This document shows positions 60,717 through 64,000 of a stretch of 64,000 bases of DNA, piece after piece. The stretch lies in contig NW_003314273.1 of NCBI RefSeq assembly GCF_000143415.4, positions 124,001 to 188,000 of the forward strand, given 5' to 3'. The notes beneath the pieces are model-generated. The model was given only the letters and a program-made list of their open reading frames with translations, did no database searches and had not been told where the DNA came from. The DNA comes from Selaginella moellendorffii. Its lineage: Eukaryota > Plantae > Lycopodiophyta. How positions within the stretch are numbered: position 1 is the first letter of the stretch; every line of letters starts with the position of its first letter. A program made the position numbers and the translations under genes.

Positions 60717-61669
60717 ATGAGCAGCAGTGTGACGGCAGTGCTCGAGGAGAGGTCGACGAACCATCAGGAAGTAAGCGAAGAAGTAGTAGCGATCCCAGAG
60801 GGCGCGGCCACCAAGCCCTTCTCCGCGTTTGGATCATACCGACAGCGTCACGGGGATGTGGAGAACATCAATTTCAAGGCTGGGATGTCGTCAGAGGCGC
60901 CGGCGATACTGGGCTCAGTCGCTGGCGGCGGCACGGATCTCGTCCAGGGCGGCGCTCACGGGAGCAAGAGCGCGCCCGTGAACATCCCCAGATCCTCGGG
61001 AAGCGGAGGCGGCAGCAAGGATCCGGGGATGCGCCGCAGGGTTCTTCGGCCCAGGAATCGCGAGGTGGAGCTGGACGAGGCCTGGGAGCGCAAGAGGGAC
61101 CAGCATTTGCTCGAGGAGATGAAGCAGGCGACCGAGAATCGCCAGGCCCGAGCAGTGGGGCGGAGCGTCTCCGACTGTGGCGAGCGGCCGCTGCCACGGC
61201 TGGACAGCACTGCTCGCGCCGCGGATAAGACGCGGTTTCGAGCTCGCAGCTTGACCGACGAGGATCTGGACGAGCTGAGAGGAAGCATCGATCTGGGATT
61301 TGGGTTTAGCAACCAGGCGGATCCCCGGCTGTGGAACACGCTCCCGGCGCTGGAGCTGTGCTACGCGATCAACCAGCAGTACCAGAACAAGGGCTCTCCC
61401 GTTTCGACAGTGGACGACGATGGAACAGGCAGCGATGGGACTGGCAGTCCCATGAATTCTCCCTCCTGGACCGTCTCCAGTCCTGGTAAGTTCTTTCAAG
61501 CTCTTTCATGGTTGCTTCCTTTGGTTTCGTATCGCTCATCGAAGCGTGTTATCCTTTTTTCTTTTTCCGTCTAGGTGATCATCCCCAGCAAGTGAAAACA
61601 CGAATCAGGCACTGGGCTCAGGCGGTTGCTTGCACGATTCGCCAGAATTACAAGCATGAATCGTCGTGA
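60717..61669 (+). CDS. DUF1685 family protein, 2 exons
   Basis: RSLTDEDLDELRGSIDLGFGF, RLWNTLPALELCYA and WTVSSPG/DHPQQVKTRIRHWAQAVACT. Intron ~61486-61574. Confidence 0.92.
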
Positions 61670-63011
61670 TGGTGGTGGTGGTGGTGGTGGTGATTCAGTT
61701 TGACAATCCAGACGAAGTAGAAAAAGCAAGAAGAACGAACCAAGAACAAGAAGAACAAGCGAGGAGCTAAGTACTCGAATAAAGATCATCGAGTTTACGA
61801 AAACACGAAGGAAATGGAGGCGGCGCGCGGTCGTGAAAGAGAGATAAGCTTTCTAATCTCTCTCTCTCACACGCACAAGCAGGGCTTAACTTCTAGCTTA
61901 TATACATACTTTCAAGACGTGGTTCTAGCTCTCTGACGATTCTTAGAGATTTCCAGCAACGCGCTTCAAGAATTCAACACCTTCAACAACACCCGCAAGC
62001 GTGTTGTTGGTGGTGTTGCTCGAGGGGCCACCGAGCTGTGTAAGTTGCCCGCATCATCCAGCTCGTCGTCGTTGTTTATAAGAAAATACTAACTACAAGC
62101 CAGCAGAATTCTTCCTCTTGTTTTTTCAATCTGTGTTTTTTTTGTTTTTTTTGTTCCTCGTTTGTGTGGGCCGGGCCTGCAACAGGTGTTGTGTAGTGTA
62201 GCGGAGCTGCACAGGCTTTGGTTTTGTTCTCTTTCTCGCGCTCTAACATCTTTCTCGGCGCTGGTTTAGCTTTGGGAAGCTTTTCCTCTCTTGTCTGTGC
62301 GGCTTTCGAGGTATTCGGCTTTGTTTTCTTTGCTTTCTGCCGCTCCTGTTTGTGGGAGACTAACATCGTAGCTGCTTTGTCCTGCAGATCTTTGACTTGG
62401 CCCGCACACGCGAGAAAAGGCATCCGAGCGAGAAGCACTGACACGCGATGGGGAAAGGTGTTGAGCAACAGGGTCTTGACACACATAATCGCTGTGAGTG
62501 CTTGGATCAGAAGCTCTAGCTAGCGACAGGAGGAGTGGGGCTCTCGCTCGATCAGGACGAACTCAATCAGGAAGAACAAAGCGAGAACAAAGGAAAGAAG
62601 TATAAAGAAGTGATGTGCAAACCGGCTGTGGAAACGTGGATCAAAGCCAAAAAATCTGCTGCTGGCCTTTGGTTGGCTGGCTGGTTTGGTTCGTTTGGTG
62701 GCGAGCGTATTGAAGAATTGGAAGGCGAGAGTGGGATTTTAATGGGTTGGGTCACAGTTTGGTGGAGGCCTCTCCAAAAGAAATTCATTCTCGTTTTTAT
62801 GGCTTTGGTTTCGCCCCCATTCTTTTTCTTCTTTATTGAAAGCCAGGATTCGCTCGCGAAGATTTGGGAAGAATGAAAATTTTCATAGCGTTTGTTTATG
62901 ATTTTGAGCCGTTTGACCGTCTACCGTACGAGCCCTAGTCTTTTGAAGAGAAGTTTACCGCCAAATTCTCTGTTTTAGGGCTTTTCTTGGTTCTTGCTTG
63001 CGATGGATCGA

Positions 63012-63580
63012 TCATGCAATCCCGCTGCTGGAGTCGTAGAAGGAGGAGCTGAAGGAGGAGGATCGGGCTTGCTGGATCTCCGAGTGGCCGTGGTGGTGGT
63101 GGTGGTGGTGGTGATGGTGGTGGTGTTGGACTGTTGCTGCGGCGAGGACGGGCTTGACGTCTGTGTCAACAGAAGAGGTGAGCTGCTGCGGGTAAGCCGG
63201 ATTGTTGCCGCTGGAGTGGATTGGATTTTTTTTTATGAGTGCCAGCAGCTGGTGCTGGGTGCCTGGGTGATTCAAGGCCGCAGAGCTTTGGTTCAGGCCA
63301 AGCCTTCCCAGTTGCCACTCGGATCTTGCCAGTATGAATTGCTGCTGCTTGGGGCTGGAGTTCATTTGTAAGCTCTAGGTTTGACCCTGCTAGGTGGTGG
63401 TGGTGGTGGCAGCGTGAAAGTTTGCAAAGGTCGAAACCAAGTGGTGGTGCTATTGCTCCACCATAGCTAAGGAGCTGTGGGAGGTGACTAGAGAGCTTTG
63501 CTGGTGAGCATTGCTGCCTATCCTGGCTGATGATAGCAAGAGGCTCAGGCCTTGCAGGTACTGTTGGTGCTCGGATTCTT
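63012..63580 (-). CDS. Probable 3' low-complexity exon(s) of a regulatory gene that begins beyond the window
   Basis: Gln/His/Ser-rich open frames (polyH, SSSFSSSFYDSSSGIA*) typical of transcription-factor C-termini. Frame and identity unresolved. Confidence 0.3.
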
Positions 63581-64000
63581 GCGTGCAATTCATAAAAAGG
63601 TAGAAAATATAATGGAGTGCCAGAACGAACAAATGCTCTTGGGTTAGTCATGGATGAGGGTTGAATTCATGAAGCTTGGAGTGATAGTAGAATCACATGT
63701 TAAGCCATGCCAGGCTAGAAAAAAATGTTGGTATATGAGACACTTTAGGAGGTCTATTATTAGTTCTTCAAGTTCTGTCACCTTCATTAATAACACTCTT
63801 TTCCTACTATAGAAGTATAGTTTGGGATTGCAATCCACTTGGTGACAAAGGTTGTAGTAACAGCCAGGAGATCAAAGGTGTTGAAGATGATATGCCACCA
63901 ATGACTTTGAACTGACTGCCATAGTGTCCATGATGACAAGATAAGGATTGCTAATTGTTATTGGTATAGGTGTGCACTACAACCACAAGTGGTGCACAAC

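Overview
Gene-dense land-plant nuclear DNA. The ~45-70 nt introns, tiny intergenic gaps, S-motif-rich PLS PPR genes, class-2 DYRK and telo-boxes suggest a lycophyte such as Selaginella (inference). Genes in order: PAC3 proteasome chaperone, PLS-E PPR, DYRK2-type kinase, class C ARF (miR160 site), EFL1/RIA1 GTPase, an unknown spliced gene, clade II bHLH, a second unknown multi-exon gene, EDR2-like PH-START-DUF1336, ankyrin protein, FTR variable subunit, LWD/TTG1-type WD40, a divergent NAC-like gene, a second PLS-E PPR, URM1, a small PHD-like protein, an LPR1-type multicopper oxidase, tRNA-Asp(GTC), a second EDR2-like gene and a DUF1685 gene. Three AT-rich islands look like decayed transposon DNA; one has recognisable, heavily C>T/G>A-mutated Ty3/gypsy pol. 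The most notable pattern is that both intronless PPR genes lie only 36-40 nt from a co-oriented small housekeeping gene (PPR>PAC3, URM1>PPR), making them candidate dicistronic or promoter-sharing units. There are also two candidate small-RNA hairpins, a uORF-rich spliced ARF leader and an LPR1 homolog with apparently altered Fe-binding residues. Exon structures were inferred by eye and no database searches were run.
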